From an uncultured Acidobacteriota bacterium (GTDB lineage: Bacteria > Acidobacteriota > Polarisedimenticolia > J045), in assembly GCA_963702425.1 (NCBI GenBank), contig CAVPCQ010000040.1, positions 75,515 to 139,514 of the forward strand: DNA of 64,000 nt. Reading direction: 5' to 3'. Within the stretch, counting starts at the first letter, position 1; the number at the start of each line of letters is the position of its first letter. The notes under the pieces are model-generated. The model was not told where the DNA came from and ran no database searches. It saw only the letters and a program-made list of their open reading frames with translations. Of the stretch, positions 47,901-59,952 are shown one piece after another. The translations under genes were made by a program, and so were the position numbers.

Positions 47901-50900
47901 GTGTAGCTCCACGGACCCGGCGCGACGACGTCCGGGCCGGCACCGATGTAGCTCGAGCCCCAGGTCGTCAGCCCATCGGACGACGAGGCGCTCTTGTGCT
48001 CGTCGGTCGGGCTCGAGGCGCCGACGCAGATGACCGCCATCTGCGCGGTCAGGTTGCAGGGGAATGCGGTCTCGTAGGACCACGGCGGCCGGTCCGGTCC
48101 GTTGCCGGCGGCGATGACGACCGAGCGGCCGGCGGCGAGCGCGTTCTGAAAGGCGGTCGTGATCGCGTTGCTCGGCGCATCGACCCAGCCCCAGGAGTTC
48201 GAAAGCACTGAGGCCCCGTGGGAGACCGCGATGCTGATCCCGTTGGCCATGCCGGCCTCGCTGCCCGCATGGTTGACCGGCATGATCTTCACGCCCGGCG
48301 CGGTCCCCGCGACGCCGATCCCGTTGTCGCGGATCGCACCGACGTTGCCCGCACACGCGGTGCCGTGGTTGGAGTTCGCGTCGCGTGGCGCACCTCCGAC
48401 CGCCCCGGTATCGCCGTCGTAGCCGGTGACCAGGTTCAGGTCGGGATGCCCCGGCTCCACGCCGTCGTCGATCACCGCGACGACGACGCCCGGCGAGACG
48501 GTGACCTCGTTCCAGGCTTCGACGACGTTGAGATCGTTGTCGTCGTTCCCGAGCCCGGCGATCTGCCCGACGTTCTTCAGCTCGTACTGCCGGCCGCCGT
48601 AGGGATCGTTCCCGATCGACTCGGTGTCGACGTTGGGGGTGCCGACGATCCGAAGCTCATCGATGTAGAGCCCTTCGTCGCTGACGCCGGCGTCGCTGAT
48701 GAACTCGAACACGATCCGGAAGGCCGTCGTGTGGAACGCGGGCGGCACGCGCAGCAGCATCCGCCGCCAGCCATTGATCGCCGTGCGATCATCCGCAAGC
48801 TTGCCGGTGAACGGCACCGCGAGGAGTTGGGCGACCTGGGAAGCCTGGGTATTGGCGTCGAAGAACCAGACCTTGCCGTAGTCGTAGAGCGTGACCTGCC
48901 CGCTGCCCGGGTCGAGGTATGGGTTCTCGAACCTCGCCCAGAACCAGAACTCGACGTAGGCCTCCTCGAACGCGGCGAGATTGACGATCGGCGAGTAGGC
49001 AAAGACGTCCACGTTGCCCGGGTAGGGTCCGGGCGGCGGGATGCCCTGCGCTCCGTTGCCGGTCATGTAGATCGACTGCGCGCTGGTGCGCACCCGCGCG
49101 TTCGTGTACACCGGTCCGGCTTCGGTCGTCATGTCGGCGTTGTAGACCTCCCACCCGGTGACCGCGGTGTCGAAGTTGTCGAAGAGCACGGTCGACCAGG
49201 TCGGGGCTGTCATCGGGTGGGCCGGCGGGACCCGCGGCGACGGGTCGGCGGCAGCCTCCGGCACGAGCGGCCGGAGCGGCGCAGTGAGCACCGGGAGCCG
49301 TCCCTCGGCGGGGCGTAGGGACTGCGGACCGTCGGGCTCGAAGACCAGCACGTGATTCGGCTCGGCGAACAGGACCTCCGGCAGGCGCGCCAGGGCGCGC
49401 GACACGGCGTAGGCCCGACCGCCCGCCGCGGAAGCAATCCGCACCATGAAGAGATCGCCGAAGAGCGCCCGCGTGTCGACCAGGCCCAGGCTCGCCGCAT
49501 GCCGCTCGACGAAGCGCTGCGCGGCGTCGGGCGGCGTCGGGGAGCGGAAGCCGACGATCACCTCGTCGGAGGCGATCTTCGTCGCCCCGCCGAGCTCGAA
49601 GACCGGCTGCGCCGGCAAACCGTCGGCCAAGGCCCGCTCGAGCGCCGTCGGGCCGGCGGCCTGCGGCGCAGCGGCCCCCTTGCCCGCGCCCATCGACGGC
49701 GCGCGGAACAGGGCCAGGCCGCGGCTGGCAAGCGCGTCGCGCTCGCTGCGCGGATCGTGCGACCAGGACTCCCGCTCCACGACCGTGCCGCGCAGCGCAG
49801 CGGCTGCACCCGGACCCTCGTCGACGGCGACGAGGTACGGGCTGGGCTCCAGCACGACGAGCCGCCCCTGGTAATAGTAAGAGAACGGCGGCTCGCTCCC
49901 GACCGTCACCGACTCGATCGGCGCGCCGCTCGTCGGCGAGACCGGACCGGCCCCTTCGAGCCCTGTCGCACCGGCTGCAGACGACGCCCCGGAAAGAGCG
50001 CCTGCTGCGACCGCGGCCCCCTCGTCCGGCCCGCCGGGCGCAAGCGTCGGCGTCAACCAGCCCGAGGTCGTCCCGTCACCCCAGTCGAACTGGTACTCGA
50101 CCCCGCCCCCGCTGGCGCAGATCGATCCGCCCGTCGTGTAGTTGTAGCTCGTGCCGACGGTCCCCGCCGCCTGTCCCGTGGGCGTCGTCGGCGCGGTCAC
50201 GTCGTCAGTCCCGCCGCCGTCGCCGAGGACGATGCGGTAGATGCTGCGACCGTGTGTCGCCGCCGCGAGCCGGCGCGTTCCATCCGGGTGGCGCGTCAGG
50301 TCGAGGTCGTAGATCGCGAGCAGCGGCATCCCCTCGTTGAACGGCTCCCAGCTCGCGCCGTCGTTCAGCGTCCGGTAGACGCCCAGGTCGGTCCCGACGT
50401 AGAGCACGCCCGTCTCGTCGCGATCGACCGCCAGCGCGGTCACCGGCAGGTCGGGTAGGCCGCCCGCCAGGCCGGTGCGGGAGATGTCGGTCCAGTTCGT
50501 CCCACCGTTGGTCGTCCTGAAGACGTGGCCGGTCGCTCCCGGGGTATTGGCCCCGAATCCGGAGAAGGCGGCGTAGTAGATCGACGAGTCGTAGGCGAAG
50601 ACGTCGGAGACGAAGCGGTTCGGCAGCGTCGCCCCGGTCAGGTCGGTCCAGCTTCCGCCGCCGTTCCGCGTGACCTGGACCTTCCCGTCCCCCGTTCCGA
50701 CCACGATCGTGTTCGAGTCGCCGCGCCGCACCGAGACCGCGGAAATCGCGGAGAAGCGCGATGAGGCCCGCGTCAGGTCGGTCGAGATGGCGGTGAAGGA
50801 GTCGCCCCGGTTGTCGCTGCGATAGAGCCGCGAGGTCGCCCAGTAGACCCGTCCGACGACGTTCGGGTCGACGACCAGCGGCGCGTAGAAGAGAACGTTG

Positions 50901-52735
50901 TCGTTGAGGTCGACACCCGAGCTGTCGCCGATCTTGCCCGGCCACTCGGCGACCGCGGCGGAGCCGTTGTTGTCGTTGCGCTGGAACTGCATCGGCCCGC
51001 CTTTGAGCGAGTAGCGCGTGCCGTACCAGGTGCGCGTGTCGAACGGGTCGATCGCCGAAAAGCCGCCGTCGCCGGCGTCGAGCCCGACCCAGGTCGCCCC
51101 GCCGTCGGTGGTCTTGGCCTTCGCGTTGTCCTGCATCCCCCCGAACAGGACGTTCGGGTCGGTCGGGTGCTGGGTGATCGACTGGAACTGCAGCGTGGAG
51201 AGGTTGCCGTTCCGGTCGGCCCAGCTCGCGCCGCCGTCGGTCGAGCGGTAGATCCCGCCGTCGTTGGCGATCCAGATCGTGGTCGGGTTCTGCGGGTCGA
51301 AGGCGATGCTGTGCAGATCAGGGTGCGAGGTCCTGTCGAGCGCGAGGCCGTCGTGCGTCGTGAAGGTCGTTCCGGCGTCGCGGGTGATGAAGATCGTCCC
51401 GTCCCAGCCGTTGCTGTACATCGCGGCGCCGCCCGCCGCGAGGACGTTGGCGTCGGTCGGGTGCACGGCGAGCACGTTGTCGTAGCTGCACTGCTGGCCG
51501 CAGTAGCTGACCTCCTGGAAGTATCCCTGCGGGATCAGGGTCAGCGGGTCCCAGAACTGTCCGCCGGTACTGCTGCGGAACAGTACCCCCGAGACCCCCT
51601 GCACGCCCTCCGGGCGGATCGTCTGGATGCCCGCCCAGACCCGCTGCGGGTCGCTCGGGCTGACGAGCACCTCAACCCGGCCCGCGTCGCCGAGCCACGG
51701 GAACCACTTCCCCTGCGCCGCCGCTGCCGGCCCGAGGATGGCGTCCCACGTGCTTCCACCGTTGGTCGTCTTGAAGACCCCGAGGCCGTCGAACCCGGCG
51801 TAGATCACGCTCGGATTGTTCTTCTCCATCGAGATCGCGGAGACGTTGGCGCAGACGCGCGGGTTGGCGCCGTCGCAGATCTTGACCGCCTGCGGCCAGG
51901 TCGCGCCGCCGTCGGTCGAGCGGTAGATTCCCGGCTCCGCCAGCCCCGGCTTGACGTCGACCAGTCCGCCCACGCGCGTCGAGACGCCGACCCAGAGCTG
52001 CTGCGGGTTCTGCGGGTCGACGACGACCGCGGAGATCGCCCGCCCCGAGAAGACGTCGGCCCCCAGGACGGTCCAGCTCCCGCCGCCGTTCGTGGTCTTC
52101 AGGAGGCCGGCGCCGTAGTGGCTGTCGCTGCCGTGCGGCTCGCCGGTCCCGACGTAGAGGATGTCCGGGTCCGTGGGATCGAATGCCATGAACCCGGTCG
52201 CCTGCGACGGCGCAGTCGCGGTCAGCGGCGTCCAGCTCGTGCCGCCGTCGGTCGTCTTCCAGACCCCGCCCTGCGCGGCCCCGGCATAGACGACGTTCGA
52301 GTTCCGCGGGTCGACCAGCACGGCCGTGGCCCGCCCGCTGCAGTTCCTACGCATCCACTCCTGGCCATGGTTCTCGCCGATGATCGGCGACGGCCCGACG
52401 GGCGACCAGGTCGGGAGCGCGGCGACCGCGCTGGGTGCCATCAGCGCGCGCTGCGCGGCGAAGTGGGCTCTCGCCGTCTCGACTGCCGCGTCGGGCAGGC
52501 CGGTCGCGGGGTAGCTGCGCATGTAGAACATCAGCTCGTCGCGGCCGCGGCGCTCCCCGGCCTCTCCCTCGCCGGGCGATCCGGCCCGGACAGCCGCGAG
52601 AACCGGCCGGTGGCACCCGGTGGCGCACTCGGCGGGAGCTTCGCTTCCGCGAACTGCCGGCACCTCGTAACGGGTCACGGCACACGCTGAGAGCAGCATC
52701 GCGAGACACGATGCGACGACGAGCCGCTTCGACAT
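44912..52735 (-). CDS. 2607-aa lipoprotein: BNR/VPS10-like propeller, two S8 subtilases, IPT/TIG, three PKD-like domains, CARDB-like C-terminus
   Basis: Lipobox LLSAC; many (S/T)xDGGxxW Asp-boxes; triads [18 protein letters not shown] and LDTG/HGTHCAG/GTSMATP; YxFDWxDGT three times; ETNESNN. Confidence 0.88.
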   Translation of the reverse strand: MSKRLVVASCLAMLLSACAVTRYEVPAVRGSEAPAECATGCHRPVLAAVRAGSPGEGEAGERRGRDELMFYMRSYPATGLPDAAVETARAHFAAQRALMAPSAVAALPTWSPVGPSPIIGENHGQEWMRRNCSGRATAVLVDPRNSNVVYAGAAQGGVWKTTDGGTSWTPLTATAPSQATGFMAFDPTDPDILYVGTGEPHGSDSHYGAGLLKTTNGGGSWTVLGADVFSGRAISAVVVDPQNPQQLWVGVSTRVGGLVDVKPGLAEPGIYRSTDGGATWPQAVKICDGANPRVCANVSAISMEKNNPSVIYAGFDGLGVFKTTNGGSTWDAILGPAAAAQGKWFPWLGDAGRVEVLVSPSDPQRVWAGIQTIRPEGVQGVSGVLFRSSTGGQFWDPLTLIPQGYFQEVSYCGQQCSYDNVLAVHPTDANVLAAGGAAMYSNGWDGTIFITRDAGTTFTTHDGLALDRTSHPDLHSIAFDPQNPTTIWIANDGGIYRSTDGGASWADRNGNLSTLQFQSITQHPTDPNVLFGGMQDNAKAKTTDGGATWVGLDAGDGGFSAIDPFDTRTWYGTRYSLKGGPMQFQRNDNNGSAAVAEWPGKIGDSSGVDLNDNVLFYAPLVVDPNVVGRVYWATSRLYRSDNRGDSFTAISTDLTRASSRFSAISAVSVRRGDSNTIVVGTGDGKVQVTRNGGGSWTDLTGATLPNRFVSDVFAYDSSIYYAAFSGFGANTPGATGHVFRTTNGGTNWTDISRTGLAGGLPDLPVTALAVDRDETGVLYVGTDLGVYRTLNDGASWEPFNEGMPLLAIYDLDLTRHPDGTRRLAAATHGRSIYRIVLGDGGGTDDVTAPTTPTGQAAGTVGTSYNYTTGGSICASGGGVEYQFDWGDGTTSGWLTPTLAPGGPDEGAAVAAGALSGASSAAGATGLEGAGPVSPTSGAPIESVTVGSEPPFSYYYQGRLVVLEPSPYLVAVDEGPGAAAALRGTVVERESWSHDPRSERDALASRGLALFRAPSMGAGKGAAAPQAAGPTALERALADGLPAQPVFELGGATKIASDEVIVGFRSPTPPDAAQRFVERHAASLGLVDTRALFGDLFMVRIASAAGGRAYAVSRALARLPEVLFAEPNHVLVFEPDGPQSLRPAEGRLPVLTAPLRPLVPEAAADPSPRVPPAHPMTAPTWSTVLFDNFDTAVTGWEVYNADMTTEAGPVYTNARVRTSAQSIYMTGNGAQGIPPPGPYPGNVDVFAYSPIVNLAAFEEAYVEFWFWARFENPYLDPGSGQVTLYDYGKVWFFDANTQASQVAQLLAVPFTGKLADDRTAINGWRRMLLRVPPAFHTTAFRIVFEFISDAGVSDEGLYIDELRIVGTPNVDTESIGNDPYGGRQYELKNVGQIAGLGNDDNDLNVVEAWNEVTVSPGVVVAVIDDGVEPGHPDLNLVTGYDGDTGAVGGAPRDANSNHGTACAGNVGAIRDNGIGVAGTAPGVKIMPVNHAGSEAGMANGISIAVSHGASVLSNSWGWVDAPSNAITTAFQNALAAGRSVVIAAGNGPDRPPWSYETAFPCNLTAQMAVICVGASSPTDEHKSASSSDGLTTWGSSYIGAGPDVVAPGPWSYTTDRLGSAGYNQDQAATGVDPNYEYQFGGTSSSTPKAAGIVALMLSKNPSLTPAEVKSILRQTADDIGAPGEDDKTGTGRIDARAAVLASGGGGGNPVPVLTGIAPSSAPAGSLGFTLTANGSGFINGSVVRWNGADQPTSFVSAVQLTAIIAAADVATAGTAQVTVFTPAPGGGTSAAQTFTITGGGGGNTVTASHAWTNNGSYPVKARARCASDTAKVSGDSGSLTVTITGGGGGTITTPRAPAGPAAGVPATAYEYRSGGATCSLGEASQYQFDWGDGTMSTWITPAGLAGADGLLASAAAPGSAMPVETAGNPRADLERLVPIVRQKGRVRVIVTLREPFAPEGLMAPASALAQQDRIAQAQEALLARLAGETFAVHRRYRFVAALALEADARALERLAGSPEVARIEEDRLHEMTLEQSVPLIGAPAAWAAGATGAGQAVAILDTGVERNHPFLAGKVVAEACFSTTAQGTTSACPNGQATQIGVGAATPCSDPTCDHGTHCAGIAAGKGTTFSGVAREASIIAVQVFSLLNGGGTGSYPSDDIAGLEWVYGQRNAFAIASVNLSLGSERFYTYCDGESPAMKQAIDNLRAAGIATAIATGNNYYTDSISHPACISSAVAVGSTTKFDGVSSFSNSASMLELLAPGSDINSSVTGGGFGVKDGTSMATPHVAGAWAVLKSKKPTATVDEVLAAFTSTGVSITDGRNGLTRPRIRVDQAAAALSGGGAGDVVTQHAWAAAGGYPVRVRARCAVTQTVVSDWSGTLNVTISAAVETVSAPTSLAGPLTGAPGQSLAYTTGGAASSQGNPVQYFFDWIDGTNSGWLPVGTTGASHAWGARGSYGVRTKARSATNTAVESGWSATLPVEIRLTSGPDLVGSWRGARQVCKTKKGVTRCTITGKFTVVNNGTVNSSSTQAWALVSVDSAPSGDDIRISSFSVSALKPRAKKAFKLNFKVPTGYTAAGLYLLGVVDPADSVAETNESNNVANGGILR

Positions 52736-52985
52736 AGCTGTCTCCCCGCGCGGAACGGACGCACGGACTATTCCGGGCAGCGCGGCACGCTCTCCGGCAG
52801 CCGGCCCCGTCCCGTTTGATCCGTCCGCCCCGACACGCCCGAACGGTGGGCCGGGGCGACCACTTCCCTGCGGGAATTATCCGCCGTTTACGCGTCATTG
52901 GTGTGAGGTAAAGCGCGGCAGCGCGCGTTTCCCGGAGCCCTTCGCGGTTCGCGCTCCCGCGGCGTCGCCGCCCGCGCCTCCCGCC

Positions 52986-55140
52986 CTACTTCCGCTTCGC
53001 CTCGTACACCCCGTCCGGCTGGATGAAGGTCGCGCCGGTCGTCTTCCCGTCCTTCTCGACGAAGCGGGCGCTGTAGCCCTTCATCCCCTTGAGAGTGAAC
53101 TCCGTTCCCTTGTACGGGATCAGCTCGTAGGTCGGCTGGCCGGGGATAGTCGCGACGAGCGTCTTGCCGCGCCGCGAGATCGTGATCGTCTGCGGGCCCA
53201 GCGCATACTCTCCGACGAATCGGTCGAGGAACGCGGCCTCGTACATTGCGGCCGGCGGCTTGCGCGTGAAGACGATCGGGTCGACCGACGTCTCCAGGGG
53301 TATGGTGATCGTCTCGATGTCCCCCTTCAGGTTGCCGCCGAAGGCGACGAGCGCGCCCTTCAGGTCGCTCTCCGTGACGCGGAAGACGTCGTAGTGCCAG
53401 TGCGCAAGCGCCGGCTTGAAGCCGTTGTAGATCATCGTCAGCGCTTCCGGCTTGCCCGAGGCGGTGATCGTCAGCACGCCGTAGGCCGGGTGCTCGTACT
53501 CGGCCGCGTAGTCCGCAAGCGGGTGCGAGGGCTTCGTCCCCGTCCGGCGCTCCCCGGCCTGCGCCTTCTCCGACTCCTTCTCCAGTCGCCTTCCCCTGCT
53601 CGCGGCGCGCCTTGAACCGCCCGCTCCAGTCGATCGGTTCCAGCTCCAGCAGGCGGTCGTGGATCGCGTCGGCGAGGATCATCGCCAGCGGGTTCCCGTT
53701 GAGATTGGTCAGGATCACCGCGCCCGCGTTCTCGTCGGGCATCAGCGAGACCATCGCCGAGAAGCCGTCGATGTTGCCGCCGTGGTGGATCCGCGCGTGG
53801 CCGCGGTAGGGCTGCACGAACCACCCGAGCCCGTAGAGCACGATCGGCTTCTCGGGGTAGACGAAGGGGGACTCGGCGACCATCTGCGGCTTGTGCGTTT
53901 CCGCCAGCTGCGTCGCGGAGACGATCCGCTTGCCATCCAGCGTCCCGTCGCCCAGCTGCAGCCTGAGCCAATCGGCCATGTCGTTCGCGCTGGAGTAGAT
54001 CGTCCCGGCCGGCCCGAGCGCCCGGACGTCGCGGTAGGCCATCTCGGTGAGCTCTTCGGTGTCCTTTTTCAACTCGTACGGCTTCGAGAGGTTGCCGCTC
54101 TTTTCGGCGTCGGGAGCCGAGAAGACCGTGCTCTCCATCCCGAGCGGGACGAGGATCCGCTCGCGGGTGAACGCCTCCCAGGTCGTCCCCGTCAGCTCCC
54201 CGGCCAGGATTCCCGCCGTCATCACCATCAGGTTCTGGTACTGGAAACGATTGCGGACCGAAGCCGACGGCTGGAGGTACTGAAGGCGCCCATACATCTC
54301 CTCCCGGGTGGCGTTCGAGCCGTACCACATCAGGTCGTGGCGCGGCAGGCCGGAGCGGTGAGTGAGCAGGTCGCGCGGGGTCATCAGTTTGGTCGCCGTC
54401 TCGTCCTGCAGCTTGAAGTCCGGCATGTAGCTCACCACCGGCTTGTCCCACTCCAGCTTCCCCTCGTCGACCAGCAGCGCCAGGTCGAGCGCGGTGAAGG
54501 CCTTGGTCGACGAGCCGATCGCGAAGAGCGTGGCGGCGTCCACCGCGAGCGCGCCCTTGACGTCGCGCTGGCCGTAGCCCCGCTCGAGCACGACCTTCCC
54601 ATCCTTGACGATCGCGATCGCCACGCCCGGGACCTTCCACTCCTTCATCTGCGCCTCGACGAAGGCGTCGAAGCCGCCCAGCAGCTCCTCCACGCCCTTC
54701 TTCGCGGCGACCGCGGCTTCCCCCTTGCGCGCCAGCGTGAAGGGAAAGCTCGCACCCCCCTGGGTGAAGTCGCCGGCGATCGACTGGCCGTCGGGCGCGA
54801 GCTTCCCCTGGAAGGTCGGCGTGCCGGGGACGCCCGAGATCGAGAAACGGATCGCCTGCGCTTCCACCTTCACGTCGGCGAGCGCGAGGTCCTTCGCCCC
54901 CTGCAGCGGAATGTCGATGTCCCCGTTCCAGGCGCCGTCCTTGCCGACCGCGAGGTCGACGATCACTCCCAGCTCCGCGCCGGGGATCTTGATCGCTCCC
55001 TCCCAGCGTCCCGCCGGGCCGATGTCCGCGGCGAACACCGCGGATGGCGCGGCCGTGAGCAGGGCCACGGTCGTGGCGAGGAGCGTCGCGAAGAGGACGG
55101 CGACTCGGACGGGGAGCAGGCGGGTGCGGAGCGACGGCAT
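52986..55140 (-). CDS. Serine hydrolase (beta-lactamase/PBP-like, DUF3471-type C-terminus); apparent frameshift at about 53586
   Basis: SSTK (SxxK), YQN, HGG, LLTHRSGL; YAAEYEHPAYG continues in a second frame. Confidence 0.85.
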
Positions 55141-55199
55141 CGATCCTCCGAAGGGGGGCGGAGATTATCGCCAGGAAGACGCGCGGCGGACGGGCCGCC

Positions 55200-57044
55200 T
55201 CACGGCCGTCCGTCGGTCGAGCCGGACCGCTCGGCCCGCACCGCGCCGCGGGTGGTGATCAGGAGCAGCCCCGTCGCGGACCCCGGGTCGGGCGAGAAGA
55301 CCGCCCGCGCTCCCGAGCCGTCAGCAGCCCGGTACTCGGTGCCGCGGTACGGCGCCAGTTCGAGCGCGCGGCCGTCGCTGGTCTCGACCAGCAACCCCGG
55401 GCCGCGCCGGACGACGCGGATCACCGTGTCGCCGTCCCGGTAGGTCCCGACGAACCGCGCCAGGTAGGCCGGATCGGACATCAGCGGCGACGGCCGGCGG
55501 CGGAACACGATCGGCGGCGCGGCCTCCTCGAGCGCCACCGAGACGGTCTCGACGTCGCCCTGGAGGTTGGTGCCGAACTGGAGGAAGGTCTGGTTCTGGG
55601 CCGGAAGCCGGCCCATCGGTGCGCGAAAGGTGTCGAAGTGCCAGTGCGTCATCGCGGTCGTGATGCCGCCGAAGTTGACCGCCAGCCCGCCGCCCTGGAA
55701 GACGACGTGGAGCGCTCCGTAGGCCGGATGCCCGTACTCCCCGGCGTAGTCCCCCAAGGCATGCGAGGGGACGGTGCCCGCCTTGCGGTCGATCTCCTGC
55801 ACCGCTTCCAGCGCCGCGCGGGCCATGAGCTGCTGCTGCTGCCAGTCGCGCAGGCGCGCCCCCCACGCCGCGGGCGGCGCGCCGAGCAGGCGGTCCGCCG
55901 CCTCGAAGGCCACCGCCAGGGGCAGGTAGGAGTTATCGCGGTTCGCCAGCACCGCGATCGCGAAGCGGTTCCCCGGAACGACCATCACGACGCCCGAGAA
56001 GCCGTCCACCATGCCGTCGTGGCCGAAGGCGGGCCGGCCGCGGTAGCTCGTCACGCGCCAGCCGAGCCCGTACGCGTCGTTCGTCAACTCCGGAAAGGGC
56101 AACGGATCGGCCACGACCTGCGCGCGGTGCAGCTCGCTCCACTGCGCGGCCGACACGAGCTGGACCTCGCCCGCCCGCCCCCCGTCGAGCTGGAACCGGA
56201 GCCACGTCGCGAGGTCGCGGGCCGTGGAAGTCAGTGACGCCGCGGGCGCGATCCCGGTGAGATCGAGGAACGGCGTGCGCACCAGCTCGCCGTCGCGCGC
56301 GGTGTATCCGCTCGCGAACTGCGGCGAGTTGCCCGTGACCTGGGTCGAGAAGCCGGTCGCACCCATCGCGAGCGGCACCAGCAGCCGCTCCTTGACCAGC
56401 TCCTCCCAGGAGCGCCCCCCAACCTGCTCGGCCATGCGCCCGGCGACCATGACCATCAGGTTCTGGTACTGCGCGTGGTCGCGCAGCCCGGCGGTGGGCG
56501 GCAGCCAGCGCAACCCCGCGAAGAGCGCGTCCCGCGTCCGGCCCGAGCGGTACCAGGTCATGTCGTGGCGCGGCAGGCCGCTGCGATGCGTGAGCAGGTC
56601 GCGCAGCGTCAGCGTCTCGGTCGCCACCGGGTCGGCCATCCGGAACTCGGGAAGCACGTCGCCGACCGGGCGGTCCCAGGCCAGCAGCCCCTCGTCCACG
56701 AAGGTCGCGAGCAGCGTGGCGGTGAACCCCTTGGTGATCGAGCCGATCACGAAGCGGGTGTCGGGGGTCACCGGTGCGCCGGTCTCCCGGTTCGCAACGC
56801 CGTAGCCCGCGAGCAGCAGGTTGCCGTCCGCACCCACGACCGCGACCGCGGCTCCCGGCACGTTCCACGCCGCCATTTCCTGGCGAACGACGGCGTCGAA
56901 CCCGTCGAGCGGGTTCGACGGCCGACGTTTCGCCTCGGCGCGGGGGATCAGGCCGGGCGTCGCGACCAGGGCGGCGACGAGGGCGACGCCGGCGACGAGG
57001 GCCGCGGGCCGCGGAGCCCGCCGCGCGATGGAACGCGCGGTCAC
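55200..57044 (-). CDS. Serine hydrolase (beta-lactamase/PBP-like), paralogue of the neighbouring gene
   Basis: SITK, YQN, HDG, LLTHRSGL, YAGEYGHPAYG. Confidence 0.87.
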   Translation of the reverse strand: MTARSIARRAPRPAALVAGVALVAALVATPGLIPRAEAKRRPSNPLDGFDAVVRQEMAAWNVPGAAVAVVGADGNLLLAGYGVANRETGAPVTPDTRFVIGSITKGFTATLLATFVDEGLLAWDRPVGDVLPEFRMADPVATETLTLRDLLTHRSGLPRHDMTWYRSGRTRDALFAGLRWLPPTAGLRDHAQYQNLMVMVAGRMAEQVGGRSWEELVKERLLVPLAMGATGFSTQVTGNSPQFASGYTARDGELVRTPFLDLTGIAPAASLTSTARDLATWLRFQLDGGRAGEVQLVSAAQWSELHRAQVVADPLPFPELTNDAYGLGWRVTSYRGRPAFGHDGMVDGFSGVVMVVPGNRFAIAVLANRDNSYLPLAVAFEAADRLLGAPPAAWGARLRDWQQQQLMARAALEAVQEIDRKAGTVPSHALGDYAGEYGHPAYGALHVVFQGGGLAVNFGGITTAMTHWHFDTFRAPMGRLPAQNQTFLQFGTNLQGDVETVSVALEEAAPPIVFRRRPSPLMSDPAYLARFVGTYRDGDTVIRVVRRGPGLLVETSDGRALELAPYRGTEYRAADGSGARAVFSPDPGSATGLLLITTRGAVRAERSGSTDGRP

Positions 57045-58564
57045 GCGACGTCGTCCCCGTTGGGCGGGTTCTCGGGCAGGCGGCCGTAGGTCTCGACGAG
57101 TTCGCGGAAACGCGCCTGCGACGCCGCGTCGAGCTGCGCCGGGAGCAGGCGCCAGCCCCAGTTGGCGTGCGCCGTCCCCGGCGCGTTCATCCGCGCCGCG
57201 GCGTCCAGCCCGGCGATGTCCTGGTGCGGCACGATCGCCAGGTCGGCGACCGAGGCCAGCGCCAGCCGGATCATCGCCCAGTGCGGCTCGGCGCCGTCGT
57301 CCCCCGCGTACTTCCGGAAGAAGGCCCGCTCGGCCGCGGTCGCGTCCTCCTCCAGCCAGCCTCGCGTCGTGTTGTTGTCGTGCGTGCCGGTGTAGACGAC
57401 GAGATCCTTCCGATGGTTGTACGGCAGGAACGAGCCGCGCGCGGCGGGGTCGAAGGCGAACTGCAGGATCGCCATCCCCGGCAGGCCGAAATCGTCCCGC
57501 AGCGCGGTGACGTCCGGCGTGATGTGCCCCAGGTCCTCCGCGACGAACGGCAGGGCCCCGAAGCGCTCGCGCGCCGCGGCCAGGAGCTCGCGGCCCTGCG
57601 CCGGTTCCCAGCGGCCGTGGCGCGCGGTCTCATCATCCGGCGGAACGGCCCAGTACTCGGCGAAGCCGCGGAAGTGATCCAGGCGCGCCGCATCGGTCAG
57701 GGCCAGCACACGCGCCAGCCGGTCGAGCCACCAGCGGAAGTTCGTCGCCGCCAACGCGTCCCAGTCGTAGACCGGGTTGCCCCAGAGCTGGCCGTCCTCG
57801 CTGAAGTAGTCCGGCGGGACGCCGGCGACCGCCCGGGGCCGCCCCTTCCCGTCGAGCAGGAACCACTCGCGCTGGGCCCAGACGTCGACGCTGTCGTAGG
57901 CGACGAACATCGGCACGTCGCCCATGATGGAAAGACCCCGCGCCCGGGCCCGCTCGCGCAGCGCACTCCACTGCCGCGCGAACAGGAACTGGGCGAATTC
58001 CTCGGCGTCGACCTTCTCGCTGTGCTCGGTGCGCCAGCGCGCCAGCGCACGCGGGTCGCGCTGGGCGAGCGGCTCGGGCCACTCGGTCCACGACGCGCCG
58101 CCGTGGGCCGTCTTGAGCGCGGCGAACAGCGCGTCGTCCAGGAGCCACCCGGAATTCTCCGCGCGAAAGGCCTCGTAGCGCGCCTCGAGGCCGTCCGGCG
58201 GCCGGGCGCGGAAGCGCCGGAACGCGATCGCCAGCAGGCGCTCCTTCGCGTCGATGACGCGCCCGAAGTCGACCCGCCCCTCCGCGAACGGGTCCCGCGG
58301 CAGGTCGTCCGGCTCGAGCAGACCGTCGGCGACCAGCTCCTCCGGGCTGACCAGGAGCGGGTTGCCGTCGAAGGACGAGACGGCCGCGTAGGGCGAGTCG
58401 CCGTGCCCGGTGCTCTGCAACGGCAGGACCTGCCACCAGCTCGCGCCCGCGTCCGCCAGCCACTCGACGTAGCGGTGCGCCGCCGGACCCAGGTCGCCGA
58501 TGCCGAACGGCCCGGGCAGGCAGGTCGGGTGGAGCAGCACGCCGCAGGCGCGGGGGAAGCTCAC
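57041..58564 (-). CDS. malQ: 4-alpha-glucanotransferase (GH77)
   Basis: GVLLHPT, GVPPDYFS, RLDHFRGF, AEDLG, GTHDN, RMN.PG. Confidence 0.95.
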   Translation of the reverse strand: MSFPRACGVLLHPTCLPGPFGIGDLGPAAHRYVEWLADAGASWWQVLPLQSTGHGDSPYAAVSSFDGNPLLVSPEELVADGLLEPDDLPRDPFAEGRVDFGRVIDAKERLLAIAFRRFRARPPDGLEARYEAFRAENSGWLLDDALFAALKTAHGGASWTEWPEPLAQRDPRALARWRTEHSEKVDAEEFAQFLFARQWSALRERARARGLSIMGDVPMFVAYDSVDVWAQREWFLLDGKGRPRAVAGVPPDYFSEDGQLWGNPVYDWDALAATNFRWWLDRLARVLALTDAARLDHFRGFAEYWAVPPDDETARHGRWEPAQGRELLAAARERFGALPFVAEDLGHITPDVTALRDDFGLPGMAILQFAFDPAARGSFLPYNHRKDLVVYTGTHDNNTTRGWLEEDATAAERAFFRKYAGDDGAEPHWAMIRLALASVADLAIVPHQDIAGLDAAARMNAPGTAHANWGWRLLPAQLDAASQARFRELVETYGRLPENPPNGDDVA

Positions 58565-58576
58565 GAACGCTCCTTC

Positions 58577-59851
58577 CTAGATCACGGTTCCGTCGGGAAT
58601 GACGGCATTCTTGACCACCACGACGATTCCGTCCCGGATCGCCCAGCCGTCGCCGTCCGCCTCGTCGAGTCCCTTCGAGTTGACGAGCCGCACGTCGCGC
58701 CCGATGCGTACGTTCTTGTCCACGATCGCGCGCTCGATGACGGTCCCCTCCCCGATCCCGAGCGGCGGTGCGCCGGCGGGGACCTCGGGCGGATCGACGT
58801 CGATCCCCATCAGCAGCGAGCCGCGAATCGTGGCGTGGCGGATCCGCGAGCGCACGCCGATCACCGAGCGCTCGATCACGGAGTGCTCGACGCGGCCGCC
58901 GTCGGCGAGCAGGGTGTGATCGAAGCGGCCGCCGTGGAGCATCGTGCCCGGGAGAAAGCGCGGGCGGGTGTAGAAGATCCAGTCGGGATCGTAGAAGTCG
59001 AAGGGCGGGTCGGGCGCGACGAGGTCCATGTGGGCCTCGTAGAACGCGCCGATCGTCCCGATGTCGCGCCAGTAGCCGTCGAAGAGCATCGCCTGCATCC
59101 GCCCCTCGCCCACCAGCGACGGCAGGATGTCCCTGCCGAAGTCGTGCCGGCCGGCGGCGAGCGCGCGGTCGAGGACCGGCTTGCTGAACAGGTAGATCCC
59201 CATCGACGCCAGGTACGGCGCGCTTCCCGCGAAGCCGAAGCGCGCGAGCAGGGCCGGGTCGACCTCCATGCCGGCGCGCGCCTCCTCGGTCGCCGGCTTC
59301 TCCCGGAACTCGAGCACGCGGCCGTCCGGGTCGACGCGCACCGCGCCGAACCCGGCGATCTCCCGCGCACCGCACGGGAGGACCGCGATCGTGACGTCGG
59401 CCTCGTTCGCCAGGTGCTCGCGCAGCAGGGCACGGTAGTCCATCCGGTACATGTGGTCGCCGGAGAGGATCAGCGCCAGCTCGCCCGGCGTCTCCATGAG
59501 GAAGCGCCGGTTCTGACGCACCGCGTCGGCCGTCCCCTGGAACCAGTTCTCGTCGTCGGGCGTCTGCTGCGCGGCGAGCACCTGGACGAAGCCGCGCGAG
59601 AACGGGTCGAAGCGATAGGTGCCGGCGACGTGGCGGTTGAGCGAGACCGAGTTGAACTGCGTGAGGACGAAGACGCGGTCCATCCCGGAGTGGAGGGAAT
59701 TGCTGATCGGGATGTCGATCAGGCGGTACTTCCCGGCGATCGGGACGGCCGGCTTGCTCCGCAGGCGCGTCAGGGGCTCGAGACGGGCCCCCCGGCCGCC
59801 CCCGAGAATCACGGTCACGACCTCCCGCTCCCGGGCGCCCCATGGCTCCAT
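58577..59851 (-). CDS. glgC: Glucose-1-phosphate adenylyltransferase
   Basis: GGGRGARLEPLT..RSKPAVP, WFQGTADAV, SGDHMY, FREKP, YWRDIGT. Confidence 0.95.
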   Translation of the reverse strand: MEPWGAREREVVTVILGGGRGARLEPLTRLRSKPAVPIAGKYRLIDIPISNSLHSGMDRVFVLTQFNSVSLNRHVAGTYRFDPFSRGFVQVLAAQQTPDDENWFQGTADAVRQNRRFLMETPGELALILSGDHMYRMDYRALLREHLANEADVTIAVLPCGAREIAGFGAVRVDPDGRVLEFREKPATEEARAGMEVDPALLARFGFAGSAPYLASMGIYLFSKPVLDRALAAGRHDFGRDILPSLVGEGRMQAMLFDGYWRDIGTIGAFYEAHMDLVAPDPPFDFYDPDWIFYTRPRFLPGTMLHGGRFDHTLLADGGRVEHSVIERSVIGVRSRIRHATIRGSLLMGIDVDPPEVPAGAPPLGIGEGTVIERAIVDKNVRIGRDVRLVNSKGLDEADGDGWAIRDGIVVVVKNAVIPDGTVI

Positions 59852-59952
59852 CGGACCCCGCCTCCCGGCGCGAAGGGGCCGCGCCGGCGCGAAGTTACCA
59901 CGGGACCGGCCCGGGTTCCCGCCGCCGGATTCCGGCGGGTTAGACTTCACCC

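Noticed and set aside
52740-52900. Possible c-di-GMP-I riboswitch in the leader of the giant lipoprotein gene
   Set aside because: Only a GCCGGCTGCC-like 3' segment matches; the GCAAA, GNRA tetraloop and receptor elements are not visible. An Rfam scan would settle it
52986-57044. Antibiotic-resistance beta-lactamases
   Set aside because: Size, HGG/HDG motif and C-terminal extensions fit the general serine hydrolase/peptidase branch rather than class C enzymes with KTG
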